Source: Nitrosopumilus sp.
GTDB taxonomy: Archaea > Thermoproteota > Nitrososphaeria > Nitrososphaerales > Nitrosopumilaceae
Direction of reading: 5' to 3'
Length of the DNA stretch: 64,000 nt
Assembly (NCBI GenBank): GCA_965207075.1
Contig: CBDBLO010000002.1
Coordinates: forward strand, 2,080,001 to 2,144,000
Shown here piece after piece: positions 19,136 to 29,459 of the stretch. The position numbers and the translations under genes were made by a program. A model generated the notes under the pieces. The model was not told the DNA's origin. It searched no databases and was given only the letters and a program-made list of their open reading frames with translations. Each line of letters starts with the position of its first letter. Within the stretch, counting starts at the first letter, position 1.

Positions 19136-20188
19136 TCACGCCCCGCCCGCGCCAAGCATCATGCCCGCCACTGCACCCGACGCCACCCCGGCCGGGACGA
19201 CCACCCCGGCCGCAAACACCAGGACGGTTGCCTTCATCAGCGACACGGCGCGCCTCACGTCGCGGGTGCTCGGGGCCCGCCCGCCGCTGCACAGGACGTA
19301 ATGCCCCTCCTTTTCAAGCCGGACGTTGAGCGCCCCGGCAAGGGCTGCCATGGGGTATCCGGAGTTCCTGCTTGCAGTCGAGCCACCGTCCCGGACCATC
19401 GACCGGAGGGCCCCCCTCCAGTCATACCCGAGCGCTGCGGACGCGACCACCATCGCGATGCCGGTGAGCCGGGCGGGGGCGTAGTTCAGCACGGTGTCGG
19501 CGTGGGCCGCAAACCACCCGAGCCTGCCGAGCATCTCGCCCCGGTATCCGGCCATCGAGTCCGCGGTGTTTACTATGCGGTGCGCAAACGCGCCGGGCAG
19601 CCCGAACAGCCCGTAATAGAACAGCGAGCCCGTCGCGCCGTCGACGGTGTTCTCGCCGATGCTCTCAAGCACCCCCGATATGACATGCTCCTCGTCAAGC
19701 GATCCCGTCTTCCTCTTCACTATCATCGACAGGCTGGACCTCGCGCCCGCCACCCCGCCCTCGCCCTCAAGCGACTCGACTACGGCATAGGCGTGCTCCT
19801 GCATGCCGCGCACCGCGATGGTGCATTTCAAGAGCACGCAGCACGCCGCCACGAGCACGGCCGCATATACGTACTGCGCGGGATCCGCGGTGGTTCCAGC
19901 CGCCACCCCGGCGCCGCCCCAGCCAAGGGCTGCAAGGGCGTGCCCCGCCGCATGGTGCAGCGGCAAGAGCAATGCCACGGCGGCGCACGCGGGCGCCGCC
20001 ACTGCCGCCACGCCCCCGAGCCTCTGGGCCCAAAACCCGCGCCCGGCAGAAAACGAGATCATCCTTGCCATCAGGCCGCCCGCCCAGGCGGTGGGGTGGT
20101 ACCGGTTCCTTGGATCCCCCAGCGCCATGTCGATTGCAACTGCCCCGAACACGACAAGCCCGAGGTGCAGCACTGCATACTCCATCAT
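19136..20188 (-). CDS. cbiB: Adenosylcobinamide-phosphate synthase CbiB
   Basis: GDPRNRYHP, ESIGENTVDG, NTADSMAGY, SRNSGYPMAALAGAL. Confidence 0.92.
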   Translation of the reverse strand: MMEYAVLHLGLVVFGAVAIDMALGDPRNRYHPTAWAGGLMARMISFSAGRGFWAQRLGGVAAVAAPACAAVALLLPLHHAAGHALAALGWGGAGVAAGTTADPAQYVYAAVLVAACCVLLKCTIAVRGMQEHAYAVVESLEGEGGVAGARSSLSMIVKRKTGSLDEEHVISGVLESIGENTVDGATGSLFYYGLFGLPGAFAHRIVNTADSMAGYRGEMLGRLGWFAAHADTVLNYAPARLTGIAMVVASAALGYDWRGALRSMVRDGGSTASRNSGYPMAALAGALNVRLEKEGHYVLCSGGRAPSTRDVRRAVSLMKATVLVFAAGVVVPAGVASGAVAGMMLGAGGA

Positions 20189-20207
20189 AGCCCCGCCATC
20201 CCGCCTG

Positions 20208-21071
20208 TCACTCCCCCTCAGATATCATCTTAACTACCGCGTCCACATCCACGCTGTCCCTCACGCGGCCCGCAAGCCTGTCCAGCTCCGCCTGAAACCC
20301 GGGCGGCGGCTCCCCCGAGTCCCACCGGGGGGATCCGGGGCGCCTGTCAAGCGAGTCCTCGTCGGGTATGCCCATGCCGTCTATCATCGGGACGGTGCCC
20401 ACGACGGGCACGCCGGTCACGTCGCGGAGGACGGCGTACCCGGGCTCCAGTATGGACGCGTCGCCGCGGAACTTGTTGAGTATGAACCCGCGGACCAGCC
20501 GGGCGTCGTCTTCGGGGAGCAGGCTCATGGTCCCGGCAAGCGATGCGAACGCGCCCCCCCTGTCCACGTCGCACGTGATCAGCACGGGCGCGTCGCCTGC
20601 CATGTGGGCCATCCTCATGTTTGCAATGTCATATTTGGCAAGGTTGACCTCGGCGGGGGAACCCGCGCCCTCGAGCACCACCACCTCGAACCTCTCCATC
20701 AGGGACCGCAGCGCCCTTGACGCGGCTGCCAGCCCGTCACCGAGGGCAAACCCGTCATAGTACGAGGATGCGTCCATCACGCCGCGCATCGTGCCGTTGA
20801 CGTACACGGCGCTCGTGCCGTCCCCCCTGGGCTTTAGCAGTATCGGGTTCATCTCGTGCGTTATGTCGCAGCGGGCCGCGGCCGCCTGCACTGCCTGCGC
20901 CGACGCGACCTCCAGGCGCCCGCCGGGCGCCACATACGAGTACCGTGACATGTTCTGCGACTTGAACGGGGCCACCGCGTACCCCATGTCGGAAAGTATC
21001 CTGCACAGCGCGGCCGCGATCACGCTCTTGCCCGCGCCCGACGAGGTTCCCTGCACCATTATGTTCCTCAT
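20208..21071 (-). CDS. cbiP: Cobyric acid synthase, synthetase domain only (287 aa)
   Basis: MVQGTSSGAGKS, PFKSQNMS, EGAGSPAEVNL, NKFRGD, IPDEDSL. No glutaminase domain. Confidence 0.88.
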   Translation of the reverse strand: MRNIMVQGTSSGAGKSVIAAALCRILSDMGYAVAPFKSQNMSRYSYVAPGGRLEVASAQAVQAAAARCDITHEMNPILLKPRGDGTSAVYVNGTMRGVMDASSYYDGFALGDGLAAASRALRSLMERFEVVVLEGAGSPAEVNLAKYDIANMRMAHMAGDAPVLITCDVDRGGAFASLAGTMSLLPEDDARLVRGFILNKFRGDASILEPGYAVLRDVTGVPVVGTVPMIDGMGIPDEDSLDRRPGSPRWDSGEPPPGFQAELDRLAGRVRDSVDVDAVVKMISEGE

Positions 21072-22198
21072 CGCATGATATCCTCCAGCGCGTCGGCAAG
21101 CATTCTGTTCTCCCTGCGCCTCTTTATGGCGATCCTGACGTGGTGGCCGTCAAGGCCCGCAAAGTCAGAGCAGTCCCTCACGAGCATCCCCCTCCCGGCA
21201 AGCAGCCCCTGCAGGCGCGGCGCCCCGAGCCTCGTCCTCACCAGGACAAAGTTCGCGTCCGTGTCACGGCACTCGACGCCCGGTATCTTCGACAGCCTCC
21301 CCTGCACGTACCGCAGCTCGGCCCGCACTACATCGCGCGTCCTCCCGAGGATGCCGCGCGCGTCACTGAGGGCCGCCACGCCGGCCGCCTCGGCCAGACA
21401 GCTGACGCTCCACGGCACCGTCGTCTTCCGTATGACGTCCGCCACGTCGCGGGGGGCGGCCGCGTATCCGACGCGCATGCCGGGCAGCCCGAACGACTTT
21501 GTCAGGGAGCGCAGCACCACGAGGTTGCCATACTTCTCCTTCCGCACGTACGGCATGACCGACTCGCGCGGGTTGCGGGACATCTCGATGAAGCACTCGT
21601 CGACCAGCACGTGGCACGAGCCCGCGGAGGCCGCCGCGTCAAGTACCTCCCGCACCTGCCTCCTCGTCAGCAGCTCCCCGGTGGGGTTGTTGGGGTTGCA
21701 CAAAAACACCATGCCGTTGTCCGGCACCCTTCTTACGAGCCCGTCAATGTCGGTGGGGGACAGCCACGCATCCTTCTTCTTCTTCTTCTTCTTCTTCTTC
21801 TTCTGCCCCGCGTGGCGCACGATCCCCGAGCCGCCGTGGTACATGCGCACCGCCGCCTCGTACTCGCCAAAGGTCGGGGCGCACACTAGTGTTCTTCCCC
21901 CGCCAAAGGCGTGCGCGGCGGCGTATATGATCTCCACCGCGCCGTTTCCGGCCACCAGATTCGAGCGCGGCAGCCCCGTATACCGCGACAGGGCCCCCAG
22001 CAGGGCGCCGGATCCGGGATCTGGGTACTCGGAGACCGTGCGGGCGGCCCCCCTGATCGCGCGCACCACCGCGGGCGGGGTCCCAAGCGGCGTGATGCTC
22101 GAGCTGAAGTCGACCACATCGGATCCCGCCCTGTACGCCAGCCGGCCGCCGTGCCTTACGGCAACGTGTCCGGCTATGCGGGGTGATACGCGGCCCAT
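21068..22198 (-). CDS. cobD: L-threonine-O-3-phosphate decarboxylase (with poly-Lys insert)
   Basis: HGG, DFSSSITPLG, GNGAVE, CNPNNPTG, DECF, SLTKSFGLPGMRVGY. First gene of the cob cluster; start uncertain. Confidence 0.85.
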   Translation of the reverse strand: MGRVSPRIAGHVAVRHGGRLAYRAGSDVVDFSSSITPLGTPPAVVRAIRGAARTVSEYPDPGSGALLGALSRYTGLPRSNLVAGNGAVEIIYAAAHAFGGGRTLVCAPTFGEYEAAVRMYHGGSGIVRHAGQKKKKKKKKKKDAWLSPTDIDGLVRRVPDNGMVFLCNPNNPTGELLTRRQVREVLDAAASAGSCHVLVDECFIEMSRNPRESVMPYVRKEKYGNLVVLRSLTKSFGLPGMRVGYAAAPRDVADVIRKTTVPWSVSCLAEAAGVAALSDARGILGRTRDVVRAELRYVQGRLSKIPGVECRDTDANFVLVRTRLGAPRLQGLLAGRGMLVRDCSDFAGLDGHHVRIAIKRRRENRMLADALEDIMR

Positions 22199-22293
22199 GC
22201 CATGGTGGTGGCGTGGATGGTATAGTGTCTTTTGGAGTGCGGGCATGCGGGCGGCTAAAGGATTATTAAAAGAAAACATCCCCCGCGTACACA

Positions 22294-23400
22294 ATGGAAG
22301 AGCAGCGGCAGCAGCCCCCGGATGGCAGAAAGAAGCGGGTGGCCATAATAGGCGTCACGGGCTCCGTCGGACAGGAGTTCGTCCAGTCCCTGGAGAACCA
22401 CCCGTGGTTTGAGGTCACGCAGATTGCCGCGTCAGAGCGCTCTGCCGGCAAGAACTATCTGGACGCCATAAGGAACGCGGGCGGCATCATAGCGTGGGAC
22501 GTCGAGGGCCCGATACCGGAGTACATCAAGTCGATGACGGTGCGCTCCATAGACGAGATCGACACGTCAAGCCTGGACCTAGTATTCTCCGCAGTAGAGT
22601 CGCAGGCGGCCCGCGACATCGAGACCAAGATGGCGGCCCTGCTGCCGGTCGTATCGACCAGCTCGGCGTACAGGTACGAGGAGGACGTTCCCATACTCAT
22701 ACCTGGCATCAACGACGCCCAGTCCGACCTGCTCGACGTGCAGAGCAAGAACCGCGGCTGGAACGGATGGGTGGCCCCGCTTCCCAACTGCACCACCACG
22801 GGCCTGGCAATCACGCTAAAGCCGTTATATGACAAGTACGGCGTCGACCGCGTCATGATGACCTCGATGCAGGCCATATCCGGCGGCGGCAAGACCGGCG
22901 TCTCTGCGATGGGCATCACCGACAACATCCTGCCGTGGATTCCCAAGGAGGAGGAAAAGGTAAAGCGCGAGACCCGCAAGATACTGGGCACCCTCAACGG
23001 GGAGAAGATAGAGGACGCGGACGTTTTGATAAGCTGCACGTGCACCAGGGTGCCCGTAATCGACGGGCACACGGAGTCCGTGTTCGTGGAGACCAAGAGC
23101 GAGATCGACCCCCAGCGCGCAAAGCAGGCATACGACGACTACAACAGGGAGGTGTCAATCGACGGGCTGCCGTCGGCGCCCGACGAGTACTATGCGTTCC
23201 ACGAGGATCCGACCAGGCCGCAGCCCCGCATGGAGCGCTCGGTGGGCGGCGGCATGACCACCACCATCGGCAGGGTCGAAAAGGAGGAGCTGTTCGAGAA
23301 CGGCCTAAAGTACGTGCTGTTCTCGCACAACAAAAAGATGGGGTCGGCCAAGGGGGCCGTCCTGCTGGCAGAGATGCTGTACAAGAAGGGCAAGATCTGA
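22294..23400 (+). CDS. asd: Aspartate-semialdehyde dehydrogenase
   Basis: IIGVTGSVGQ, PNCTT, QAISGGG, RVPVIDGH, HNKKMGSA. Confidence 0.95.
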   Translation: MEEQRQQPPDGRKKRVAIIGVTGSVGQEFVQSLENHPWFEVTQIAASERSAGKNYLDAIRNAGGIIAWDVEGPIPEYIKSMTVRSIDEIDTSSLDLVFSAVESQAARDIETKMAALLPVVSTSSAYRYEEDVPILIPGINDAQSDLLDVQSKNRGWNGWVAPLPNCTTTGLAITLKPLYDKYGVDRVMMTSMQAISGGGKTGVSAMGITDNILPWIPKEEEKVKRETRKILGTLNGEKIEDADVLISCTCTRVPVIDGHTESVFVETKSEIDPQRAKQAYDDYNREVSIDGLPSAPDEYYAFHEDPTRPQPRMERSVGGGMTTTIGRVEKEELFENGLKYVLFSHNKKMGSAKGAVLLAEMLYKKGKI

Positions 23401-23505
23401 CCCGCCGCGCGTCGCGTGCCTTTGATCCCGCCATTGCCGGCGTTTCCAGGCGCAGGCAACTCACAAAACTTATAATCGCATCCAAGGCATCCAAGCAGGG
23501 TTTCA

Positions 23506-24942
23506 TTGGCGGAGTTCAGGGAGGGACTGACATTTGACGACGTCCTGCTGGTTCCCAAGTACTCTGACATAACAAGCAGGTCGCAGACCGACCTTACCAC
23601 GAAACTTTCGCGCAACATAACGCTGAACATGCCGTTTGTGAGCGCCAACATGGACACCGTAACGGAGTCTGCAATGGCAGTCGCCATGTCCAGGGCGGGC
23701 GGGATAGGGATAATACACCGCTTCCTGTCCATAGCGGACCAGACAGAGGAGGTGCTCAGGGCAAAGCGCTCGGGCAGCGTCATGATAGAGCACCCCTATA
23801 CCATATCGGCCGACAGGACGGTGCAAGAAGCCCGCGAGTACTCGGAGGACAAGCAGGTGTCCGGGCTGCTCGTCCTTGACAAGGACACGGGGAGGCTGGA
23901 GGGCATCATCACGGGGCGCGACATACTCTTTGCGGATCCTGCCGACAGGGTCCGCGACGTGATGACCAAGGACGTGGTGACGGCGGGCCCCGGGGTGGGG
24001 CTGGAGGAGGCAAAGAGGATACTACACGACAACCGCATAGAAAAGCTCCCCATACTGGACGAGAAGGATGTAGTGTGCGGGCTTGTCACGTCCCGCGACA
24101 TAATCAACACGTCGGACTATCCAAACATGTCAGTAGACGGCAAGGGCAGGCCCCTCGTCGGGGCGGCAGTCGGCGTAAAGGGAGACTTTATGGAGAGGGG
24201 CGAGGCCCTGCTGGGGGCGGGCGCCGACGTCCTGGTGGTGGACATAGCGCACGGCCACAGCGAGAACGCGATGGGCACGGTGCGCAACATCAAGAGGGCG
24301 TTCCCCGACTGCGAGCTGATCGCCGGAAACGTGGCCACCGCGCAGGGCGCCCAGGACCTGATAAAGGCCGGCGTCGACGCCGTAAAGGTCGGGGTGGGCT
24401 CCGGCTCGATATGCATCACCAGGGTGATTACGGGATCCGGCGTGCCGCAGCTGACCGCGGTGATCGACTGCGCCAAGGTGGGGCGGGAGAACGACGTCCC
24501 GATAATATCAGACGGGGGCACCCGCACGTCCGGCGACGCCACAAAGGCGCTCGCTGCAGGGGCCTCCTCGGTGATGGTGGGCAGCATGCTGGGGGGAACC
24601 GACGAGTCCCCGGGGACGGTCCTGACAAAGAACGGCAAGAGGTTCAAGGTGTACAGGGGCATGGCGTCGCTGGCCGCGTCCATAGGGCGCAAGTCAAAGG
24701 AGACAGGATACGTGTCGCTTGACGACGACCTCAACGACTACGTGGCAGAAGGGGTGGAGGCGATGGTGCCCTACAAGGGGGGCGTCACGGACATACTAAA
24801 GCAGCTTGCGGGTGGGCTGCGCTCCGGGCTGAGCTACTGCGGGGCGCACACCATACCGCAGATGCAGCAGAACGCCGAGTTTGTCAAGATGTCAAGGGCC
24901 GGGTTTGCGGAGAGCAACCCGCACGACGTCTCGCTTATGTGA
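23506..24942 (+). CDS. guaB: IMP dehydrogenase
   Basis: LTFDDVLLVP, SANMDTVTE, CBS pair, GVGSGSICIT, YRGMAS, EGVEA. Confidence 0.97.
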   Translation: MAEFREGLTFDDVLLVPKYSDITSRSQTDLTTKLSRNITLNMPFVSANMDTVTESAMAVAMSRAGGIGIIHRFLSIADQTEEVLRAKRSGSVMIEHPYTISADRTVQEAREYSEDKQVSGLLVLDKDTGRLEGIITGRDILFADPADRVRDVMTKDVVTAGPGVGLEEAKRILHDNRIEKLPILDEKDVVCGLVTSRDIINTSDYPNMSVDGKGRPLVGAAVGVKGDFMERGEALLGAGADVLVVDIAHGHSENAMGTVRNIKRAFPDCELIAGNVATAQGAQDLIKAGVDAVKVGVGSGSICITRVITGSGVPQLTAVIDCAKVGRENDVPIISDGGTRTSGDATKALAAGASSVMVGSMLGGTDESPGTVLTKNGKRFKVYRGMASLAASIGRKSKETGYVSLDDDLNDYVAEGVEAMVPYKGGVTDILKQLAGGLRSGLSYCGAHTIPQMQQNAEFVKMSRAGFAESNPHDVSLM

Positions 24943-25011
24943 TGCTTGGATGCCGGAACTTGGCGCCGGCGCCTGCCAATCTTTTTATCTTGAAGCGGCC
25001 GGATCACACGC

Positions 25012-25479
25012 ATGTGGTCAAAGATTACGATCATCGGCGTGGTCGTCGGCAGCGTAATCATAGGGATAGGCGCCACGGCCCTCGTCATGCACCTGGGCCC
25101 CATCACGGTTACGGAGGAGTACACCGTCCTGCCAGGTGAGTCGGTGTCGTACCTCATCCCGGCGCCCGAGAACACGGCCCAGACTATGGGCATAACCGGC
25201 GACCGCTTCAACGTCACGCTGTCGAGCCCCGGCGGCGGGCTGCAGATCCCGAACGCGGAATACCGCGGCCCTACCACCCTGTCGTGGACGCACGCAGAGT
25301 CCGGCGACACCACCATACGCATCAAGAACACCGGCGGCGGCGACCTGCAGATAAACCCGGTCATCGTGAGAAGCTCGGACCCCATATGGATCGCGTTCGA
25401 CTTTATGGTGATCATATCCGGGATCATAATCATAGGGTTCAGCATGGGCTTTGCGACCAGAAGGCCCAAGGGGTTCTGA
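25012..25479 (+). CDS. Hypothetical membrane-anchored protein
   Basis: N- and C-terminal TM helices around a beta-rich domain. Confidence 0.75.
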   Translation: MWSKITIIGVVVGSVIIGIGATALVMHLGPITVTEEYTVLPGESVSYLIPAPENTAQTMGITGDRFNVTLSSPGGGLQIPNAEYRGPTTLSWTHAESGDTTIRIKNTGGGDLQINPVIVRSSDPIWIAFDFMVIISGIIIIGFSMGFATRRPKGF

Positions 25480-26415
25480 TCACTCGACGGGGGGCGGCGC
25501 GGCGGACGGGTACGACCCGAGCACGCGCACGGACGAGTCGCTGCATATCCTCTCCAGCATGCCGGCTATCCGGGGGTTTTCCGCATGCCCCTCAAAGTCG
25601 ACGTAAAAGTTGTACTCCCACGCGTTTCCGCGTGTGGGCCTCGACTCTATCTTTGTCATGTTGACGTCGTTCTCGTAAAAATTCTTGATGACGCGGTAGA
25701 GCGAGCCCGGCTCGTGCTTTAGGGAGAGTATTATCGAGGTCTTGTACGTGGTGGTGGTGCCGCCCGCGCCGGGCGCGGGCGCCAGGCCCGACGTGTCACG
25801 GCCGCGCGCGGCCAGTATCAGGAACCTCGTGTAGTTGCTCGAGTTGTCCGCGATGTCCTCCGCGATTACGGGCACCCCGTACAGCTCGGCCGCCTCCCTG
25901 CTTGCGATCCCGGCAACCTCCCGGTCCTTTGCGTCCTTGACGTTCTTGATGCTGCCCGCCGTGTCGTACGCGGGGACCGCCCTCATCTTGCGCCCCTCAA
26001 GGAACCTCCTGCACTGCCCCAGGGCCTGCGGGTGCGACCACACCTGCCTTACGTCGGAGATCCGGCCGTACCCTATGAGGCAGTGCCTTATACGGTGGTG
26101 CATCTCGCCGGCGGCCACGAGCGGGGTGGAGGTGAGCAGGTCGTAGCTCTCGCCGACGCTTCCCTCTATCGAGTTCTCCACCGGCAGTATGGTATAGTCA
26201 GTGTCGCCGTCGACCGTGCTGCCTATCGCCGCCGCAAAGGTGAGGTGCGGCACGGTTTCCACCACCTTCTTTCCCGCAAAGAATGATGCCGCCGCCGCCT
26301 CGCTGTACGCGCCGTGCTCGCCCGGGAACGAGACCCGGATCGTGCCGCTGTTGCTGTTGTCGGTGGCATTGTCGGCGGCGTCAACAGAGGACGTGGCGCG
26401 CTCACCCCGAGGCAT
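25480..26415 (-). CDS. pheA: Prephenate dehydratase
   Basis: GEHGAYSE, PVENSIEGSV, SHPQALGQC, NYTRF, TKIESRP, FYVDFEGH. Confidence 0.93.
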   Translation of the reverse strand: MPRGERATSSVDAADNATDNSNSGTIRVSFPGEHGAYSEAAAASFFAGKKVVETVPHLTFAAAIGSTVDGDTDYTILPVENSIEGSVGESYDLLTSTPLVAAGEMHHRIRHCLIGYGRISDVRQVWSHPQALGQCRRFLEGRKMRAVPAYDTAGSIKNVKDAKDREVAGIASREAAELYGVPVIAEDIADNSSNYTRFLILAARGRDTSGLAPAPGAGGTTTTYKTSIILSLKHEPGSLYRVIKNFYENDVNMTKIESRPTRGNAWEYNFYVDFEGHAENPRIAGMLERICSDSSVRVLGSYPSAAPPPVE

Positions 26416-27028
26416 CGCTGCCGCCCTTTGCGCCGCGCGGGGCGGGGTCGGCTGCCGGCCCCAGGCTTACAAAGTCGCCGTTGTTGAGCCTGTTTGAGAG
26501 CTTGCGCTCGTCTATCCACGAGCATTCCGTGCATTTGATTACGTCCCGAAGCGGTACGACGGAGCCGCCGCACTTGCGGCATTTTGTAAACACGACGCCG
26601 AGCTCGGGCGCGCTCATCGTACTGTGTATGGCGCCGTTGAGGCTTCCGAGTATCTTCAGGGCGACCACGTCCCCCACGAGCGCCACGTTCTTTCTGCGTA
26701 TGTTGCGCGTGGAGCATATGCACTCGACCTTTGAGGTCGTCGGCCTGCCGTTGATGTAGTCGATGCGGATTGCCATCATGGAGGACATCACGGCCGCTAC
26801 CGTGCCTATCACGGCGTCGCCCTTCCTGGGAACGGAGAACACCCGGGGGTGCCTGATGCTTGCCGTCCACGTCTCGCGGTCTATGATCTTTTCGCCGACC
26901 GTGGCGGCCCTTACCATGTCGCCGTCATCAAACGTGTTCGCGCCGGCCTCGTACTCCTCTATGGAGGCTATGCCGTCGCCGGGAAGTATCACAGATGCAC
27001 TCTCCGTTGTAGTTGCCGCTGCAGCCAT
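26402..27028 (-). CDS. csl4: Exosome subunit Csl4
   Basis: ILPGDGIASIEEY, S1 domain, ELGVVFTKCRKCG...CTEC..ERKLS. Start uncertain. Confidence 0.88.
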   Translation of the reverse strand: MAAAATTTESASVILPGDGIASIEEYEAGANTFDDGDMVRAATVGEKIIDRETWTASIRHPRVFSVPRKGDAVIGTVAAVMSSMMAIRIDYINGRPTTSKVECICSTRNIRRKNVALVGDVVALKILGSLNGAIHSTMSAPELGVVFTKCRKCGGSVVPLRDVIKCTECSWIDERKLSNRLNNGDFVSLGPAADPAPRGAKGGSDASG

Positions 27029-27169
27029 GCGGCCGCTTGGGACAGTATGATTATAATTGTTTGTCGTCATCATCGGCGGCGGGAGAGGAGTGGACCGATC
27101 TCGGGCCGGTTCAGGCGGCCTCCGGCCGGCCTCAGAATCAATATAATCGGCATATATGCGAGACGAGTC

Positions 27170-28300
27170 ATGAAAGCCCTGGTATACGACAGGTACGCCG
27201 AGAATGACGACTTTGCGTCGATCCTCAACGTCAGGGACGTCCCCGACCCGGAGCCGGGCCCCCGCGACGTGGTGTTCAGGGTGGAGGCGGCCGCCCTCAA
27301 CTACGACGACATCTGGGGCATGAGGGGCAAGCCCCTGGCAGTGCCGCTGCCCCACATATCAGGCAGCGACGCGGCGGGCATAGTGACGGCGGTGGGCCCC
27401 GACGTCAAGACCGTAAAGCCGGGGGACAGGATAGTCTCGCACGGGAACCTGTCGTGCCGCACCTGCAAAAGGTGCACGGGCGGAAGGGAGTACGACTGCA
27501 GGAACAGGCGCATCTGGGGCTTTGAGACCGGCCCGCTGTGGGGCGGGTACTGCGAGTACTCGAGGCTGCCAGAGTCAAACGCGGTCCCGATACCGGACGG
27601 CGTCACGTACGACGACGCGGCCGCGGCCTCGATGACGCTCCTGACCTCGTGGCACATGCTGGTGGGCAGGGCGGCAGTGCGCCCGGGCCAGATAGTGCTG
27701 GTGATGGGCGGGGCCTCGGGGGTCGGAAGCTACGGCATACAGATCGCAAAGCTGTTCGGGTGCCGCGTCATTGCGACTGCAAGCGCCGAGAAGCTCGGCA
27801 GGCTCCTGGAGCTCGGGGCCGACCACGCGGTGGACCACCGCAGGGAGGACTGGCACAGGGAGGTGCGCCGCATCGCGGGCGGCATGCCAAAGCAGAACGG
27901 GGAGCCGCCGGGAGTCGACGTGATATTCGAGCACGTCGGGGGCTCGCACTGGAAAAAGGAGCTCGGGCTGCTCAACTACGGGGGGACCATAGTCACCACA
28001 GGGGCCACCACCGGGTACGACGCGCCGACCGACCTGAGGCACATATTCTTCAAGGGGATAAGCATACTGGGCTCGACGCAGGGGACCAGGGCCGAGCTTG
28101 AGCGGGGGCTGTACTGGATGTCCAGAAAAAAGATACGCTCGATGATAGACTCTGTGTTTCCGCTCGACGACGCGGCCAGCGCGCACCGGAGGATGCTGGA
28201 AGGCAGGGGGCTGTTTGGGAAGATCCTGATAAAGCCGCACATGCGCCAGACGTCGGCGCCCCGCCCCGGACTCCGCCCCGAGCCAGAGCCTGGCGGCTAG
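27170..28300 (+). CDS. Zn-binding (MDR) dehydrogenase
   Basis: LPHISGSDAAG, CRTCKRCTGG..C, GGASGVG, FGKILI. Confidence 0.9.
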   Translation: MKALVYDRYAENDDFASILNVRDVPDPEPGPRDVVFRVEAAALNYDDIWGMRGKPLAVPLPHISGSDAAGIVTAVGPDVKTVKPGDRIVSHGNLSCRTCKRCTGGREYDCRNRRIWGFETGPLWGGYCEYSRLPESNAVPIPDGVTYDDAAAASMTLLTSWHMLVGRAAVRPGQIVLVMGGASGVGSYGIQIAKLFGCRVIATASAEKLGRLLELGADHAVDHRREDWHREVRRIAGGMPKQNGEPPGVDVIFEHVGGSHWKKELGLLNYGGTIVTTGATTGYDAPTDLRHIFFKGISILGSTQGTRAELERGLYWMSRKKIRSMIDSVFPLDDAASAHRRMLEGRGLFGKILIKPHMRQTSAPRPGLRPEPEPGG

Positions 28301-28349
28301 CCGGACTTGTCAGCAGGCTCGCGCCGGGACGGCGGCGGCGGCGGCGGTG

Positions 28350-29360
28350 TCACAGCCAGTGCGGAACCTGCATGTAGTCCTCGTCGGCCTGCCCGCCGCG
28401 GATTATCCGGAGCAGCATCCTGGCCTGCGGGGTGGACAGGACGGGCCTGTCAAACTTGTTGTCAGTCGATATGCGGGGGCATGCCACCTGCACGAACGCG
28501 TCCACCCCCCGTATGTTGGCCAGCCGCTCGTTTGTGATGTCGGTCATGGCAAACAGGTGCACCTTTCTGCCCTCGCCCTCCAGCTCCCTCTTGATCTTTA
28601 GCGCGAACGTCTTTGAGAGCTGCCCCTCCTTGAGGCCCACTATGACCCCGAACGTCCTGGCCTCGGCTGCCTTGTACACGGCAAGGGTCGCCCTGCGTTT
28701 CAGCTTCTGGGCAAACTCGGATACCTCACGCACCTCGCCAAAGTACGGGTCAAGCACGTAGGTGGGCAGCCCGGTGGCAAGCGCGATTCCCGCCGCGTGA
28801 AAGTTGCTCTGCCCCAGAAACACGTGCGCGTCAGCGGCGCCGCCAGCTGCCGCCTCTCGGGCGGGATAGAACTCGCACCCGAACACCTGGCCGTCGTTGA
28901 GCTGCCCGGAGCCCCCGCCGATCACCACGTTAACGCCGCCCTCCTCGAGCATCTTCTTGACGCGGCCCAGCTGGTGCAGGTGCTGGCTGTCCGTCACGAG
29001 GGACGCGGTCATGCCCCGCAGCTTCTCGGCGCACTTGGAGGCGACTGAGTCAAACGATACGTCGTCAAACGCGTCTATCAGTATGGTGTTCTCGCTGCCC
29101 GGAATGGTCTCGGAGTTTATCGTGTGCCCGATGTTAAAGTGGATCTCGGCGCCGAGCGTCCTTGCCCCGTTGGAGTTCAGGTCGCAGGTGCCCCACGTGG
29201 TGTCGGCCATGACGTACGCGGGTATGCCAAACTCCGCCGTTATGCGCTCCGCGGCGTCCTGCACCTGCGGCAGCATCCCGTCGGGGCCGTTCAGCGAGAC
29301 TGACGCGGGGCGCCTGTCCCGTATTACGCGGAAGATCCTGTCGAGGTCTACGGATATCAT
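28350..29360 (-). CDS. dph2: Diphthamide biosynthesis protein Dph2
   Basis: WGTCD, GQVFGCEF, FHAAG, KEGQ, VACPRIS. Confidence 0.92.
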   Translation of the reverse strand: MISVDLDRIFRVIRDRRPASVSLNGPDGMLPQVQDAAERITAEFGIPAYVMADTTWGTCDLNSNGARTLGAEIHFNIGHTINSETIPGSENTILIDAFDDVSFDSVASKCAEKLRGMTASLVTDSQHLHQLGRVKKMLEEGGVNVVIGGGSGQLNDGQVFGCEFYPAREAAAGGAADAHVFLGQSNFHAAGIALATGLPTYVLDPYFGEVREVSEFAQKLKRRATLAVYKAAEARTFGVIVGLKEGQLSKTFALKIKRELEGEGRKVHLFAMTDITNERLANIRGVDAFVQVACPRISTDNKFDRPVLSTPQARMLLRIIRGGQADEDYMQVPHWL

Positions 29361-29459
29361 GCGGTACGCACCGCCCGTATTAATTTAAAGGAATGCCGCG
29401 GGCGGCGCCTCGGCTGCTGCCACAACAACCTAAATGATGCGCCTCCCCCAGCTCTGGCG

